Positions 46,949 through 57,485 of a DNA stretch of 64,000 nucleotides are shown here, in pieces. The position numbers and the translations under genes are program-made. The DNA is taken from IMG/VR virus record IMGVR_UViG_3300009702_000025, positions 1,580 through 65,579 of that record, one strand, 5' to 3'. The stretch comes from a virus. The notes below the pieces were generated by a model. The model had not been told where the DNA came from and did not search any database. It worked only from the letters and a program-made list of their open reading frames with translations. Numbering within the stretch: the stretch's first letter is position 1; the number at the start of each line of letters is the position of its first letter.

Positions 46949-49231
46949 GTGTCAGCGTCAAAGTCAGCCATTGCAAGTGATTTACGTCCTTTCCGTTTGA
47001 CGGCAGAGGATATTGATGCTCGCACGCTCTCCGTTTCTGACCACGAAATACTGAAATTCAACAGGCCAATCAACGGATATAAAATTCCGTACTACGATAT
47101 TAATGGCCTGCCAGTTAAGCACTCTCGCATTCGTCACATTTCCGATAATGATAACGGAGATGGGTTGGAAGGAATAAACGGTTTCATTCGCACAAGCCAA
47201 GAGACCGCACGAGTTTATTTCCCGATTGGTTTCCAAGAGACATTGGAAATCGGACCTCACTACGAGGCATCGGATGGACGTAATCAGCGCGTTCTATTCA
47301 TTACAGACGACGAGAGAGCTGCAACTTCCATTGTTAAAAAACACCAACACTCCGCAGTCGCTATTGAAGGGCCTGCCGGTTGGCAACTATTCAATGAAGT
47401 AGCTGGTGGGTTTATCGATCTAGTTGAGACTTGCATTGAAGACGATCTGTGCATCATGCTATGGATCGGGGATGGCAAAGATAAAAACATTCAGCGTGAG
47501 GTTGCTAACCTCGCCATGGAATTGAAGTTTCGTGGCCTACCGTTCAAGTCTATACGTCAGTACAGAGAAGAGAAATTTGATGCGGACTTCATACGTCGTG
47601 ACTTTGAGCCACGATCCTACTTTCCAAGGCACCCCAATATTCGTTCATACCTTCAAGAAAAGATTGGGGACAACGCAAGACTTAGCAGACGGGATCACAT
47701 TGAGATCGGTTTGGCAATGCTATCCGATATGGAAGCCCTAGGAATACGCATTCAATCAGAAACAGACGGCAACTATTACTACTTCAACCATGACACTAAT
47801 GAGTTGATGCGTGCGACGATCAATGTGTCATCACGTGACATTCTCACAAACAGTGAGTTCATGAAGTGGATAAATAATCGGTATGGTATCTACATGGGAG
47901 ACAGTGCGATCTTGAAGACGTTCGCAACCCAGTTCATGTCAGAAGAACCGATCTATCAGACACGCTCACACAAGGTGATAAAAGGAACACCACGAGGTGA
48001 AAACACGTTCCATCTCCAACTCACGGCATCAGACTTCGTATTCATCCCTGAGAAGATAAACAGGAAGGATGACTATGAGCTTGCACGTGTGACCACAAAT
48101 GGTACAGGCGGGGTACTGTTTGAACGTGACGCAATTGAGCCTGTAGACCTTGAGTTGTTTCAGCATCACCTTGAGGAACAGCGATCCAAGAAACAACTCG
48201 ACTTCTGGTGGGGAAACGTGGTGGATGAAGTACGCATGGATGCTATTGATGAGCAGCGTACCATCCTTGCACTGCTGTTTTATATCTCCCCTTGGTTGTT
48301 AGGATGGAAACGTATTCAACTTCCTATAGAGGTAGTTGTTGGAGAGGCTGGTAGTGGTAAGAGTAGTTTGTTCGTGTTGCGTCTCTCTATCATGACCGGG
48401 CGGCCAGACTTGAAGAACCTGACAGGCTCACTCAAGGACTGGCAGGCTAGCGTCGTCAACAACCATGGTCTTATGGTGATGGATAATGTGCATTTAACAT
48501 CAAAGTCTTTACGTCAGGGTCTTTCCGATGAGATGTGTCGTTTGGTGACTGAACCACAGCCAACTATCGAAGCGCGGCAACTCTACACGACCGCTGATGT
48601 GGCACGCTTTCCTATCGCGTGCACGTTCGGGATCACGAGTATTGAGAACGTTTTCACTAATGTTGACTTCATTCAACGGGCCGTTGTTACTCAACTTGAT
48701 AAATCAGTAGGTCCAGCTAACGCTAACTTCGATTGGGCGAACTTGAAGCTCAACGAGTTTGGTGGACGTGAAGCGTGGATGGCTCATCATGTCGTTGCGG
48801 TAGAGCGCTTCTTCAGAGCAGCAGACAAGTACTGGGATGATAGCTATAGATCACGGTCTCGCTTGATTAACTTTGAACAATCCATCATCACCATGGCACG
48901 TGTCTTTGGTCTGGATGTTTCATGGATGCCGAAGGTGCTTCAAGGCATCTCAGATCGGAACATCGTAGAGTTGGATTGGGTACTTGAAGGTCTTCGTGCT
49001 TTTGCGTTAGAAAGACTTGAAAATGGACGTATGACCTTCAAGGCCGCGGAGATTTGCGATTGGGCATCTGGACATGACGATTTTATGGACAACTACGTAC
49101 TCACAAATCCACGTCGAGTTGGTCGCTACATAACTTCTCACAAGACCGCTGTTCTTTCCACTACTGGTATAGAACGTCGTCAGACTGGCAAAACAACAGT
49201 GTATAGGATAAATTACACGTACTTGGAATAG
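46949..49231 (+). CDS. Primase-helicase (Toprim-like N-terminus, P-loop helicase C-terminus)
   Basis: YKIPYYDING, Walker A GEAGSGKS, LMVMDN Walker B, RQLYT, IQRAV. Confidence 0.8.
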   Translation: MSASKSAIASDLRPFRLTAEDIDARTLSVSDHEILKFNRPINGYKIPYYDINGLPVKHSRIRHISDNDNGDGLEGINGFIRTSQETARVYFPIGFQETLEIGPHYEASDGRNQRVLFITDDERAATSIVKKHQHSAVAIEGPAGWQLFNEVAGGFIDLVETCIEDDLCIMLWIGDGKDKNIQREVANLAMELKFRGLPFKSIRQYREEKFDADFIRRDFEPRSYFPRHPNIRSYLQEKIGDNARLSRRDHIEIGLAMLSDMEALGIRIQSETDGNYYYFNHDTNELMRATINVSSRDILTNSEFMKWINNRYGIYMGDSAILKTFATQFMSEEPIYQTRSHKVIKGTPRGENTFHLQLTASDFVFIPEKINRKDDYELARVTTNGTGGVLFERDAIEPVDLELFQHHLEEQRSKKQLDFWWGNVVDEVRMDAIDEQRTILALLFYISPWLLGWKRIQLPIEVVVGEAGSGKSSLFVLRLSIMTGRPDLKNLTGSLKDWQASVVNNHGLMVMDNVHLTSKSLRQGLSDEMCRLVTEPQPTIEARQLYTTADVARFPIACTFGITSIENVFTNVDFIQRAVVTQLDKSVGPANANFDWANLKLNEFGGREAWMAHHVVAVERFFRAADKYWDDSYRSRSRLINFEQSIITMARVFGLDVSWMPKVLQGISDRNIVELDWVLEGLRAFALERLENGRMTFKAAEICDWASGHDDFMDNYVLTNPRRVGRYITSHKTAVLSTTGIERRQTGKTTVYRINYTYLE

Positions 49232-49243
49232 AGAAGTAGCACC

Positions 49244-49750
49244 ATGGTAGAACTGTCTCGCTTGATTAACAAAGAGTATCGTAACAAGTGGATAGTAGCG
49301 TTCGATCCGGGCGAAACGACCGGAGCATGTGTTTTCCATGGTGCCAAATTAATTCATTCTTCACAGTTGCGTACTCTACCATTGACTGAGGGCATCGACC
49401 TTGTTGACTTTTACGTCAGCACCTTGGGCGAACAGTACAGCTATGGCCATAGGTATCCCGACTTAGTTGTATATGAAGATTACCGTGTGTATGGTTGGAA
49501 AGCCGACACTCATAAGTGGGCTGACTTACACACACCTAAACTCATTGGAGTGATCGAAGCTGTATGTCACTACTATAACGTTCCTACTAAATGCAGGTTG
49601 GCACAGCAAGCTAAGCAATTCGTTACGGACGGACGATTAAAGGAATGGGACCTCTGGCAGACGGGGCAACAGCACGCACGAGATGCCATTCGACATGGGG
49701 TCTACCAACTAGTTCACGGTAAGACAAAAAAGTTAAAGAAAAGCGCATAA
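49244..49750 (+). CDS. RuvC-like Holliday junction resolvase
   Basis: IVAFDPGETTGAC, VVYEDY, HARDAIRH. Confidence 0.8.
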   Translation: MVELSRLINKEYRNKWIVAFDPGETTGACVFHGAKLIHSSQLRTLPLTEGIDLVDFYVSTLGEQYSYGHRYPDLVVYEDYRVYGWKADTHKWADLHTPKLIGVIEAVCHYYNVPTKCRLAQQAKQFVTDGRLKEWDLWQTGQQHARDAIRHGVYQLVHGKTKKLKKSA

Positions 49751-49766
49751 GTTTACACTTTTCCTA

Positions 49767-49795
49767 TTGACAACATGTGTCAACAGTAGTACATT
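49767..49795 (+). promoter_or_regulatory. Promoter with an inverted repeat over the -35 box
   Basis: TTGACA-17-TACATT; TTGACA-ACATG-TGTCAA palindrome. Confidence 0.65.
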
Positions 49796-49848
49796 CCTTT
49801 TATAGACACGATACATATACGCAAACACTCCAACCACTGAGGAATAAG

Positions 49849-51003
49849 ATGACGACAATTATCTCCACGTCTTTTCGTTCACGCTTGAAGGATGCCAACC
49901 GCGAAGTTGCAGCTATTGAAGATGATGCTTCGTTTGAAGATCAGGATGCATTCGCGGAACACTGGTTCGAAAAGATCGATGCTATCGAAGAAAGTGACTA
50001 CGTTGATGGTGCCGGTGAACACGGCATCTTCTCGTCTGGTATGCTCACACAAGCTGCGCAGTTTGCTGACGACACCAAGTTCTGGGGCATCTCGATTGGT
50101 CTCGGCATGATCGACTACAACGGCAAGTACCCGCAGTACGACCTTGGCAAGTTTGAAACGAGTATGGGCGAACTTATTGCAGACGGTTCACGGTTCATAT
50201 CCAAGATTTGGTGGAACGCGCTGACAGAACATCGAGGACCGAAACTCTCCGACGTGATCTTGGAAGCTGTCAACGAACAGGATCGCGTAGTCATTGCTAT
50301 CCCAGCAGTCATTTACCCGATGATCCGCGACGACATTGAAGCTCTGATCCCTATGGAAGCTGACCATGCGGACAAGGATCAAGAGATGGATAACTTTGCT
50401 GAAGTCAAGAAGTACCTGCGCTTCGTCGGTCCTGATCTTGAGGAGACCGTTCATCCTGAGTTCCTTGACTGCGTAATGCCATGGGACAAGAACTTGCTAT
50501 CTAAGGTGGTTCCCGGCGCGCGCACCAATGGTGCACGTCGCATGGCGTTCCTACTTGAGAAGGTCTGTGATGTCATAGGTACTGATCCGGCAGACGATTT
50601 CGACTCACTTTGGGATGCTCTGTCCAGTAATGAGCCTGCCGTTTACAGTTACGACGTGTCGGCACCGACTAGCGGTGAAGCTACGAAGTACGCTCGCCTT
50701 GAAGATGAGGAAGCGATTGAGATCATCAAACGTGAATACTACACACGTTGCCACGGCTCGCCGGTTCGTATCGCTCGCCTAATGCGGAACGATGGCTACC
50801 ACATGACCAAGGATCGTGTGGAGGAACTGATGGCCGCTCCCACTCCGAAGAAGAAAAGTAAACCGAAGGGTACAAATGGTTCCAATGGCACGGGTCGGAA
50901 GAAAAAGGCACCGGCTAAGAAGAAAACCGCAGGTGGTCGTCGCAAGCGGGCAACTGCCGCTGCATCGACTGACGAAACGGATGGTGCGGAAGCTGCTGCA
51001 TGA
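49849..51003 (+). CDS. Hypothetical acidic protein with basic histone-like C-terminal tail
   Basis: GAGGA RBS before ATG 49849; host-like codon usage suggests high expression. Confidence 0.8.
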   Translation: MTTIISTSFRSRLKDANREVAAIEDDASFEDQDAFAEHWFEKIDAIEESDYVDGAGEHGIFSSGMLTQAAQFADDTKFWGISIGLGMIDYNGKYPQYDLGKFETSMGELIADGSRFISKIWWNALTEHRGPKLSDVILEAVNEQDRVVIAIPAVIYPMIRDDIEALIPMEADHADKDQEMDNFAEVKKYLRFVGPDLEETVHPEFLDCVMPWDKNLLSKVVPGARTNGARRMAFLLEKVCDVIGTDPADDFDSLWDALSSNEPAVYSYDVSAPTSGEATKYARLEDEEAIEIIKREYYTRCHGSPVRIARLMRNDGYHMTKDRVEELMAAPTPKKKSKPKGTNGSNGTGRKKKAPAKKKTAGGRRKRATAAASTDETDGAEAAA

Positions 51004-51030
51004 GCAGGGCTAAGATCACGTCCGATGGCA

Positions 51031-51068
51031 CTCCGTCTGGAACCCGTCTCACCGGGCCAGATGGGGAG
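51031..51068 (+). terminator. Hairpin after the 49849 gene
   Basis: CTCCGTCTGG...CCAGATGGGGAG. Confidence 0.4.
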
Positions 51069-51178
51069 CCTATCCCGGAGAACTGAAATACGTTCTCACA
51101 CATCCTATAACCGGGGAGAAACTAGTAGGCGTCAAAGAGGTTAGTCTTGAAAATGGCAGTACCTACTATCTGTAACCG

Positions 51179-52561
51179 ATGCTCAATGTTGATCCCCGTC
51201 AATACCAAGAGAAAGCAATTAACTTCCTTGTTAAACAAGGCAAGGGATTGGTTCGCGCCCGTACTGGCGCTGGCAAGACTATCATGGGACTCGGCGTTGC
51301 TGAGCAAGTTGAATATCGTCGCTGCTTGATTGTCTGTCCGCGTAGTGCACAATGGAAGTGGGCTAATGAGATCGCGGATAGAGGTATCTCCTCTCCTGAA
51401 ACTGTTCACGTCATGGATAAGGAGAGTGCACAGGAACGCGCTGAAGTATACGAAAGCTCTACAGTACTAACTAAGTATGTCATCATACGGTACGGTCAAC
51501 TACTACGTGACGTTGATCTACTAGTGAAAGACAAAACTCAATTCGACTTTGTAATATTCGACGAAGCGCACAAGCTGCGCAACCACCAGACTAAGACGTT
51601 CAAAGCTGCACGGAAACTGGCGCGGAAGATAAGACGTAAGTACTTCTTTACTGCGACGGATCAGTCCAAAGGGCCACAAAACCTATGGACAGTGCTTCAC
51701 CTATTGAACCCTTCTGCTTACTCCTCCTATTGGAAATTCGTGAACCGTTATTGTGTTACGGATGAAGGTGGTTATGGAGTTGATATACTAGGTGTCAGAA
51801 AAAGTACTGTTAGCGAACTTCGAACTAGGTTGAGAGGATACGTTCATTACATAAAAGATGATGTAGTAAAGGAGTATGTACCGGAAGTCATACGTCAGAA
51901 GCTACCTTGTGTGCCTGACCGTAAGACTATGAAGGTCTACCGTAAACTTGAAAAGGAGATGATCGCTGAACTACCTGATGGTGATATGCTAGTTTCTTCT
52001 ACCTCAGTCACAACTCAAATTCGTTTACGTCAACTACTTGTATGTCCCAAACTCATACATGAGGGTCTGCCTTATGGCAGTGGGATAGATATGATTGGCG
52101 AGCACGCATGGGATAATGAGGACGCACACATTGTAGTGTTCTGTCCATTTACTCAAGCATTCCCGTTTCTTGAAGATAGATTACGTGCCAAGTGGAAATT
52201 CAAACATTTCTATACGATCAAGGGCGGTATGAATGCTAAGGACATAGTGCTACAAGCTGACCAATGGTCACGACATGCTAACCAACGCGAAGAAGTAGGT
52301 AGTGTATTGCTATGTTCTATCAAGGCAGCAGAAAGTTTTGATCTATTCACAGCACTAAATGGTTACTTCTTACACTATGAATGGAACTTTGAATGGAATG
52401 AGCAAGCCGAAGGTAGAATGGCAAGAGGAGATAAACCGTTCGCTAATGCTCACTATATTACGCACAATAATACTGTTGACACACAGATGTTAGATGTGTT
52501 AAACCTTAACAAGAGGATCACGGGAGCCACGTTCAAGGACTTCGATAATCTAGCAGCCTAG
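51179..52561 (+). CDS. SF2 (SNF2-like) helicase
   Basis: RTGAGKT, DEAH, TAT motif III, EQAEGRM motif VI. Confidence 0.88.
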   Translation: MLNVDPRQYQEKAINFLVKQGKGLVRARTGAGKTIMGLGVAEQVEYRRCLIVCPRSAQWKWANEIADRGISSPETVHVMDKESAQERAEVYESSTVLTKYVIIRYGQLLRDVDLLVKDKTQFDFVIFDEAHKLRNHQTKTFKAARKLARKIRRKYFFTATDQSKGPQNLWTVLHLLNPSAYSSYWKFVNRYCVTDEGGYGVDILGVRKSTVSELRTRLRGYVHYIKDDVVKEYVPEVIRQKLPCVPDRKTMKVYRKLEKEMIAELPDGDMLVSSTSVTTQIRLRQLLVCPKLIHEGLPYGSGIDMIGEHAWDNEDAHIVVFCPFTQAFPFLEDRLRAKWKFKHFYTIKGGMNAKDIVLQADQWSRHANQREEVGSVLLCSIKAAESFDLFTALNGYFLHYEWNFEWNEQAEGRMARGDKPFANAHYITHNNTVDTQMLDVLNLNKRITGATFKDFDNLAA

Positions 52562-52656
52562 TTCGTATTTCTCGTGTTCATCACTACATAACCATATAAT
52601 CCAGCCCCAAGCCCACTAAAAAGCTACGGCATGAGGCGACGGTCAGAGGAGAAGAA

Positions 52657-53091
52657 ATGGCCCGTATCTATGTAGCGTCCTCGTGGCGCAACGCTTTCCA
52701 ACCGCGTGTTGTAGAACTGCTCCGTTATAACGGACATGAAGTCTACGACTTTCGCAATCCCGGCAATGGACTTACCGGCTTCTCTTGGAATGAACTAGAT
52801 CCCCAATGGAAAGACTGGAAAGCTATGGACTACCGAGATAAACTCCTTACTTTACCTCGTGCTGCGCAAGGCTTCACTGCTGACTTTAGAGCAATGGAGT
52901 GGGCTGATACTTGCGTAATGGTTTTGCCTTGCGGTAACTCTGCTCACATTGAAGCAGGCTTCATGGCAGGACGCGGCAAGCGCACTATCATCTACATTCC
53001 CGAAAGTGCCGACTTCCAACCTGATCTGATGTACTTGTGTGCTCAACATATTCTTGTGAGCGAAGATGAACTTGTTGCCGAAATAGGATAG
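52657..53091 (+). CDS. Nucleoside 2-deoxyribosyltransferase-like (TIR-like fold) protein
   Basis: IYVASSWRN, EVYDFR, ADTCVMVLPCGNSAHIEAGFMAG. Confidence 0.7.
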   Translation: MARIYVASSWRNAFQPRVVELLRYNGHEVYDFRNPGNGLTGFSWNELDPQWKDWKAMDYRDKLLTLPRAAQGFTADFRAMEWADTCVMVLPCGNSAHIEAGFMAGRGKRTIIYIPESADFQPDLMYLCAQHILVSEDELVAEIG

Positions 53092-53171
53092 TTCGTTAAC
53101 GTCACACATGATACAATACCTGTCAAAGTAGTAATGACGGGAAGATGGTCAGGAAAGGAGCCTAACAAACA

Positions 53172-53552
53172 ATGAGACGAGACCTACAAGAACAAGTTAC
53201 TGAGTGGCAGGATCAGAACGGCGCACATGATGGTGACCTGTCCGACCATGCGTGCAAGGTGCTTGAGGAAGCGATTGAGTTATGCTTCGCAGCAGGTGCC
53301 AGTGCCAGTGATGTGCAGAAGATTATGCGCACCGAGATCATCAAGGCTGCATTCAAACAGGAGATCACGGAACAGTTCTCAAGTGATGACGTGGCTGAGG
53401 AGTTGGCTGATGTATTAATCTGCCTATTAGCACTTGCTCATCACGCCAATGTGGATATCGATCACGCAGTTGAGCACAAACTGACCGTACTGCGAGAGCG
53501 TGAATGGGCCGTGAGCCCTAGTGGTGTGCTCCGTCGTCGTGATCGTATTTAA
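53172..53552 (+). CDS. MazG-like nucleotide pyrophosphohydrolase
   Basis: KVLEEAIEL, EELADVLICL, HKLTVLRER. Confidence 0.8.
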   Translation: MRRDLQEQVTEWQDQNGAHDGDLSDHACKVLEEAIELCFAAGASASDVQKIMRTEIIKAAFKQEITEQFSSDDVAEELADVLICLLALAHHANVDIDHAVEHKLTVLREREWAVSPSGVLRRRDRI

Positions 53553-53590
53553 TAAGAAAAACGCACTACTTAGTAAAGAAAGGTGGTAAT

Positions 53591-53899
53591 ATGTTTGCAA
53601 AGTATTACGAAATACCATTCACTAGGTACACTTTGCCGAATGGAAAGACTTCTAATTATATGTTTCAAACTACGCGGTCAGACGTTTACGATAAAGCTAA
53701 GAGTATTTTAAGTACTGGAACTTATAAATTCGAAATAGAAATATTGACCACAGGAGAGGTTTCTGCTACTATACATAATAAGGAAACTGAAGTAGACGTT
53801 GCTATAGCAGTTGAGCTTAACGTACCTGAGTTAGCGGAAGCTATAGAACAAATGATAATTAACTTTGATGTTGACAAAGACGATAGTAAAGAGGAATAG
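53591..53899 (+). CDS. Hypothetical protein (102 aa)
   Basis: AGGTGG RBS. Confidence 0.7.
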   Translation: MFAKYYEIPFTRYTLPNGKTSNYMFQTTRSDVYDKAKSILSTGTYKFEIEILTTGEVSATIHNKETEVDVAIAVELNVPELAEAIEQMIINFDVDKDDSKEE

Positions 53900-53912
53900 G
53901 AAGAATAGTAAA

Positions 53913-55169
53913 ATGTCTAAACCTGAAAGAGTTGCAATCATATCCACTTCGGATCGTAACACCTTCCGGCAATGCCGACGCAAGTGGAATTGGTCGTCAC
54001 ATCTCCGTCAAGGTATGGCACCACATGAACAGGCTGTCCCATTGTGGTTCGGTTCCGGTTTCCACCACTGCATGGAAGACATTCATGGTCTCGGTGCCTA
54101 CGAAAGCAATCGTGCTGCATGGAATGATTACCAACAAGCGATGGTTAAGTTCTACACCGAGGAGCGTCTGCCTTATGACGCTGAAGAACTCGGTGAAATG
54201 GCAGTGTCGATGCTGGATTACTACGAACAGATTTGGTTGAAGGCACGTAGTCGCGATCCACTCAAAACGTATGAGGTTAATGGGCAACCCCAAGTCGAAG
54301 TACCGTTCGAATTTGAAATCCCGGTCTCTCCTGAAGTACTGGAAGCTAGCGGTTATGATCGTGTGGTCTACAAAGGTGTTATCGACCGCGTTGTCATTGA
54401 TCGCAACGGTTACTTGTATCTTGTGGATTACAAATCTGTTGCCAAATTCTCTAATAGACAAACGCTTGAACTCGATCCACAAATTGGTGTCTACTTGTGG
54501 GCTGCAACTTATCTGTTCAAACGACCAGTTATGGGTTTCTATTACATGCAGTTCAAAAAAGCCGTATGTAAGCCACCGAATATTAAGAAAGACGATACTA
54601 TGTCCTTGGATAAGAGACAAGGCACATCTTACTGGATGATCCGTGAGTACTTGAAGGAGAAGTACGGTTCAGTTGATAAGGCACCGATCAAAGAACAGGA
54701 CTTCATGCACTACTACATGGAGTTCGAGGATGATGAAAAGGACAACTTTATCTCACGGACGTTAGTAACACGTCATCCGAATACGATGGAGCAAGAGAGC
54801 CAGATCGTCATCTCTGAAGTCGAGGATATGCTTCAGCCGAAGATGCGTATCTATCCCAACCCAACGTGGTTGTGTGGTGCAACTTGTTCGTTCATAGAGC
54901 CATGCTTGGAAATGAACCAAGGCCTCAACTGGAATGCGACATTAGAGACTGACTTTTATCCCCGCGACTACAAGGAGCGGTCGCTCTGGTCCAAGCACCT
55001 AAAGGTAAATCCACATGGTGGTAAAGAGGATCGTAAAGCATCAGGCCATGATCCCTTGCCAACTGCGAAGAAAAAGTCGAAGTCAAAATCAAAATCGAAA
55101 GCAGCCACGAAATCGAAACCACGTCGAGCAGTTAAGAGGACGACTAGGAAGAAGGCAGTTAAGGCATAA
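53913..55169 (+). CDS. PD-(D/E)XK Cas4/RecB-like exonuclease
   Basis: FRQCRRKW, GVIDRVV...LVDYKS, QIGVYLWA, C..TCSFIEPC cluster ligands; start ATG 53913. Confidence 0.85.
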   Translation: MSKPERVAIISTSDRNTFRQCRRKWNWSSHLRQGMAPHEQAVPLWFGSGFHHCMEDIHGLGAYESNRAAWNDYQQAMVKFYTEERLPYDAEELGEMAVSMLDYYEQIWLKARSRDPLKTYEVNGQPQVEVPFEFEIPVSPEVLEASGYDRVVYKGVIDRVVIDRNGYLYLVDYKSVAKFSNRQTLELDPQIGVYLWAATYLFKRPVMGFYYMQFKKAVCKPPNIKKDDTMSLDKRQGTSYWMIREYLKEKYGSVDKAPIKEQDFMHYYMEFEDDEKDNFISRTLVTRHPNTMEQESQIVISEVEDMLQPKMRIYPNPTWLCGATCSFIEPCLEMNQGLNWNATLETDFYPRDYKERSLWSKHLKVNPHGGKEDRKASGHDPLPTAKKKSKSKSKSKAATKSKPRRAVKRTTRKKAVKA

Positions 55170-55432
55170 TGAGCATGGCAGCAGAACCACTTCCCGATCT
55201 TGGGAAGTTACAATCTGATGTGCAGCAAGCGCAAGAGGATTATGAAGCGGCAACTACGAAAAAGAAAGAGGCAAGCTGTGAACAAACGAGTTGTCTTAAT
55301 CGCCTCAACAGCGCACAAAAAGCACTAGACGAAGGCGTCAAAGCACTGAAGGATCAATCACCAAGGGATACTGACTGGAAGCGTCCGGAACGCGAACGTG
55401 AAATGGTCCCTCACATAGTAGAGGATACTTAA
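55169..55432 (+). CDS. Hypothetical coiled-coil protein (87 aa)
   Basis: TAATG coupling. Confidence 0.7.
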   Translation: MSMAAEPLPDLGKLQSDVQQAQEDYEAATTKKKEASCEQTSCLNRLNSAQKALDEGVKALKDQSPRDTDWKRPEREREMVPHIVEDT

Positions 55433-55436
55433 ATAA

Positions 55437-55670
55437 ATGAAAAAGTATCACAAGGACGGAATAGAATTTTCGGTAGAAACTAGTAATGATGGAGACAAAA
55501 ACTTAATTGACACTTTATTTATAAAGGGGTCTTCTGGAGGTTTTATACATAAATCAGTACGATATGCTAAAGGTAGTACTCCTAATCCAAAGCACGTTGA
55601 AGTGGCGTGCGCGTCAATAATAGAGGTTAGAGACGCTAGAAAACGACGAAATAATAAGAAAGGTAAATGA
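55437..55670 (+). CDS. Hypothetical protein (77 aa)
   Basis: ORF track; AT-rich. Confidence 0.6.
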   Translation: MKKYHKDGIEFSVETSNDGDKNLIDTLFIKGSSGGFIHKSVRYAKGSTPNPKHVEVACASIIEVRDARKRRNNKKGK

Positions 55671-55674
55671 TAAC

Positions 55675-56715
55675 ATGGCCACGGCTACCACACGCACTAC
55701 TAAACGAGGAGTTCGCACAGCTAAACGAAACGTTCGTACTAGTAACGCACGCGCAAAGACTTCAGCACGTCGCAGTCGAGTTGAGAATACGAACGACGAT
55801 GATGCGGATGAAAACGAGGAGCGTAAGGGTATGTTCTCCATCACACGGGGAACGCGCAAGACCGATCCGTACCTGAAGATTTTGATCTATGGTGAGTACG
55901 GCGCTGGCAAGACTACACTGGCCGCATCTGCCGTGGATGTTCCATCCATGCGCGACGTGCTGTTCGTAAATTCTGAGCGTGGTACGGTGTCTATCGACAA
56001 GGCCGTGAATGAAGACGGTCATGCTATCATTGAACACACCGACGATATTGACTTCATGACAATTGCGTCATACCCGGAGTTCGCCAAGGTCCACAAATTC
56101 CTCCTCTCTCATTGTCGCGCGCGTGACGATGGAGATGATGAACTAACGGATGATATCAATGAGCGCATGTTTGGTTCGAGCGCAAAGGGCCGTCGCTACA
56201 AGACTGTGATCGTTGATAGCTTGTCGGACATCGACAACTCTAACTTTAACCGCCTGCTTGGCGTCAATACGGCTGACTTGATGCGTGATCCGCAGAAGGC
56301 AGAGTGGAATGACTACCAACGCAACGCGACGGCAATGACTTCTATCCTGTCTGAGTTCCGTAAACTGCCCATGAACGTAATCATGGTAGCGCCATCGGAA
56401 GTCAGGGAGGAAAAACAGAAACGTGTTTCCAGTACTTACCCGGTACTGGTTGGTAGCTCCCGCGAAAAAGTTAAAGGATACTTTGACATCGTTGGGTACT
56501 TGGAAGAAATTGATCCAACAGTGGAGGATAATGATGATGATGACGTAGGACGCAGAAAGAAGCGGAAGTCAAAAAAACTTGAGTTCCACAAGATAGAAAG
56601 GCGCTTGTGGCTAAGGAAGCGGGATGGCGTTTACGCAAAGTCACGTATCACTCCCGACAACTTGCCTTTCTTGGACAATGTAACTCTTTCAGACCTTTAC
56701 AAGTATGCCGTATAG
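55675..56715 (+). CDS. AAA_24/Sak4-like ATPase (single-strand annealing recombinase)
   Basis: ILIYGEYGAGKTTLA, TVIVDSLSD, YFDIVGYL; flanked by exonuclease and SSB genes. Confidence 0.85.
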   Translation: MATATTRTTKRGVRTAKRNVRTSNARAKTSARRSRVENTNDDDADENEERKGMFSITRGTRKTDPYLKILIYGEYGAGKTTLAASAVDVPSMRDVLFVNSERGTVSIDKAVNEDGHAIIEHTDDIDFMTIASYPEFAKVHKFLLSHCRARDDGDDELTDDINERMFGSSAKGRRYKTVIVDSLSDIDNSNFNRLLGVNTADLMRDPQKAEWNDYQRNATAMTSILSEFRKLPMNVIMVAPSEVREEKQKRVSSTYPVLVGSSREKVKGYFDIVGYLEEIDPTVEDNDDDDVGRRKKRKSKKLEFHKIERRLWLRKRDGVYAKSRITPDNLPFLDNVTLSDLYKYAV

Positions 56716-56882
56716 TATACTGGGTGGCTGGGACGAGATATGTGCGTTACCAGTACAGCCTTAAATGGAGAGTCGCACACTCCGGCCCATATATAATACG
56801 AGCACGCTCCACGAGTAAGAGTAAGAGTGAGTTACGAAAATCAGCCAAATCAACAAACTAGTAACAGTAACGGAGAATAAAA

Positions 56883-57455
56883 ATGGCCAAAGGTGGCGTT
56901 TCATTTGATCTGACAGATGTCTATGAAAGCGATGGCGGATTGGAGGCTTTGCCTCGCGGTAACTATGCTGCTGAAATCGACGAAACCGAGTACTCCGAAA
57001 GTTCGAACGGCAATCCAATGATTACGTGCCGATACAACGTGATCGACGGTGAGTTCGAAGATCGCAAACTATGGGACCGCATGGTGCTGACTGAAAAGGC
57101 ACTGCCGGTCCTGAAGAAGAAGCTCCGCGTCACTATGGAGGCACAAGGTCTCAACAGCCAGTTCAAGAAGCTGATGAAAAAGCTCGACGAAGACAAGTTC
57201 GCTGACCTCGCTGAGAGTGGTGATCTGATCGGAGCACAAGTCCTTTTGACCGTTGGTGTACGTACCTACGAGGGCGAAAAGCGGAACGACATCAAACGTG
57301 TCGCTGCCCTTGAAGACATGGAGGAAGGTGACGACGACTTCATGGACGACTATGAGCCGGATGATGACGTGGAAGACGATGAGGGCGAAGAAGAGAACGA
57401 AACCACGTCTAAGAAGGCCCCGGCAAAAAAGACTGCACGCGGCAAGCGTCGATAA
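56883..57455 (+). CDS. DUF669-family single-stranded DNA-binding protein
   Basis: LPRGNYAAEI, S.NGNPMI, GEFEDRKLWD, acidic C-terminus. Confidence 0.8.
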   Translation: MAKGGVSFDLTDVYESDGGLEALPRGNYAAEIDETEYSESSNGNPMITCRYNVIDGEFEDRKLWDRMVLTEKALPVLKKKLRVTMEAQGLNSQFKKLMKKLDEDKFADLAESGDLIGAQVLLTVGVRTYEGEKRNDIKRVAALEDMEEGDDDFMDDYEPDDDVEDDEGEEENETTSKKAPAKKTARGKRR

Positions 57456-57485
57456 CGTAGTAACGCAGTCTAAGTAGTCGCAACA

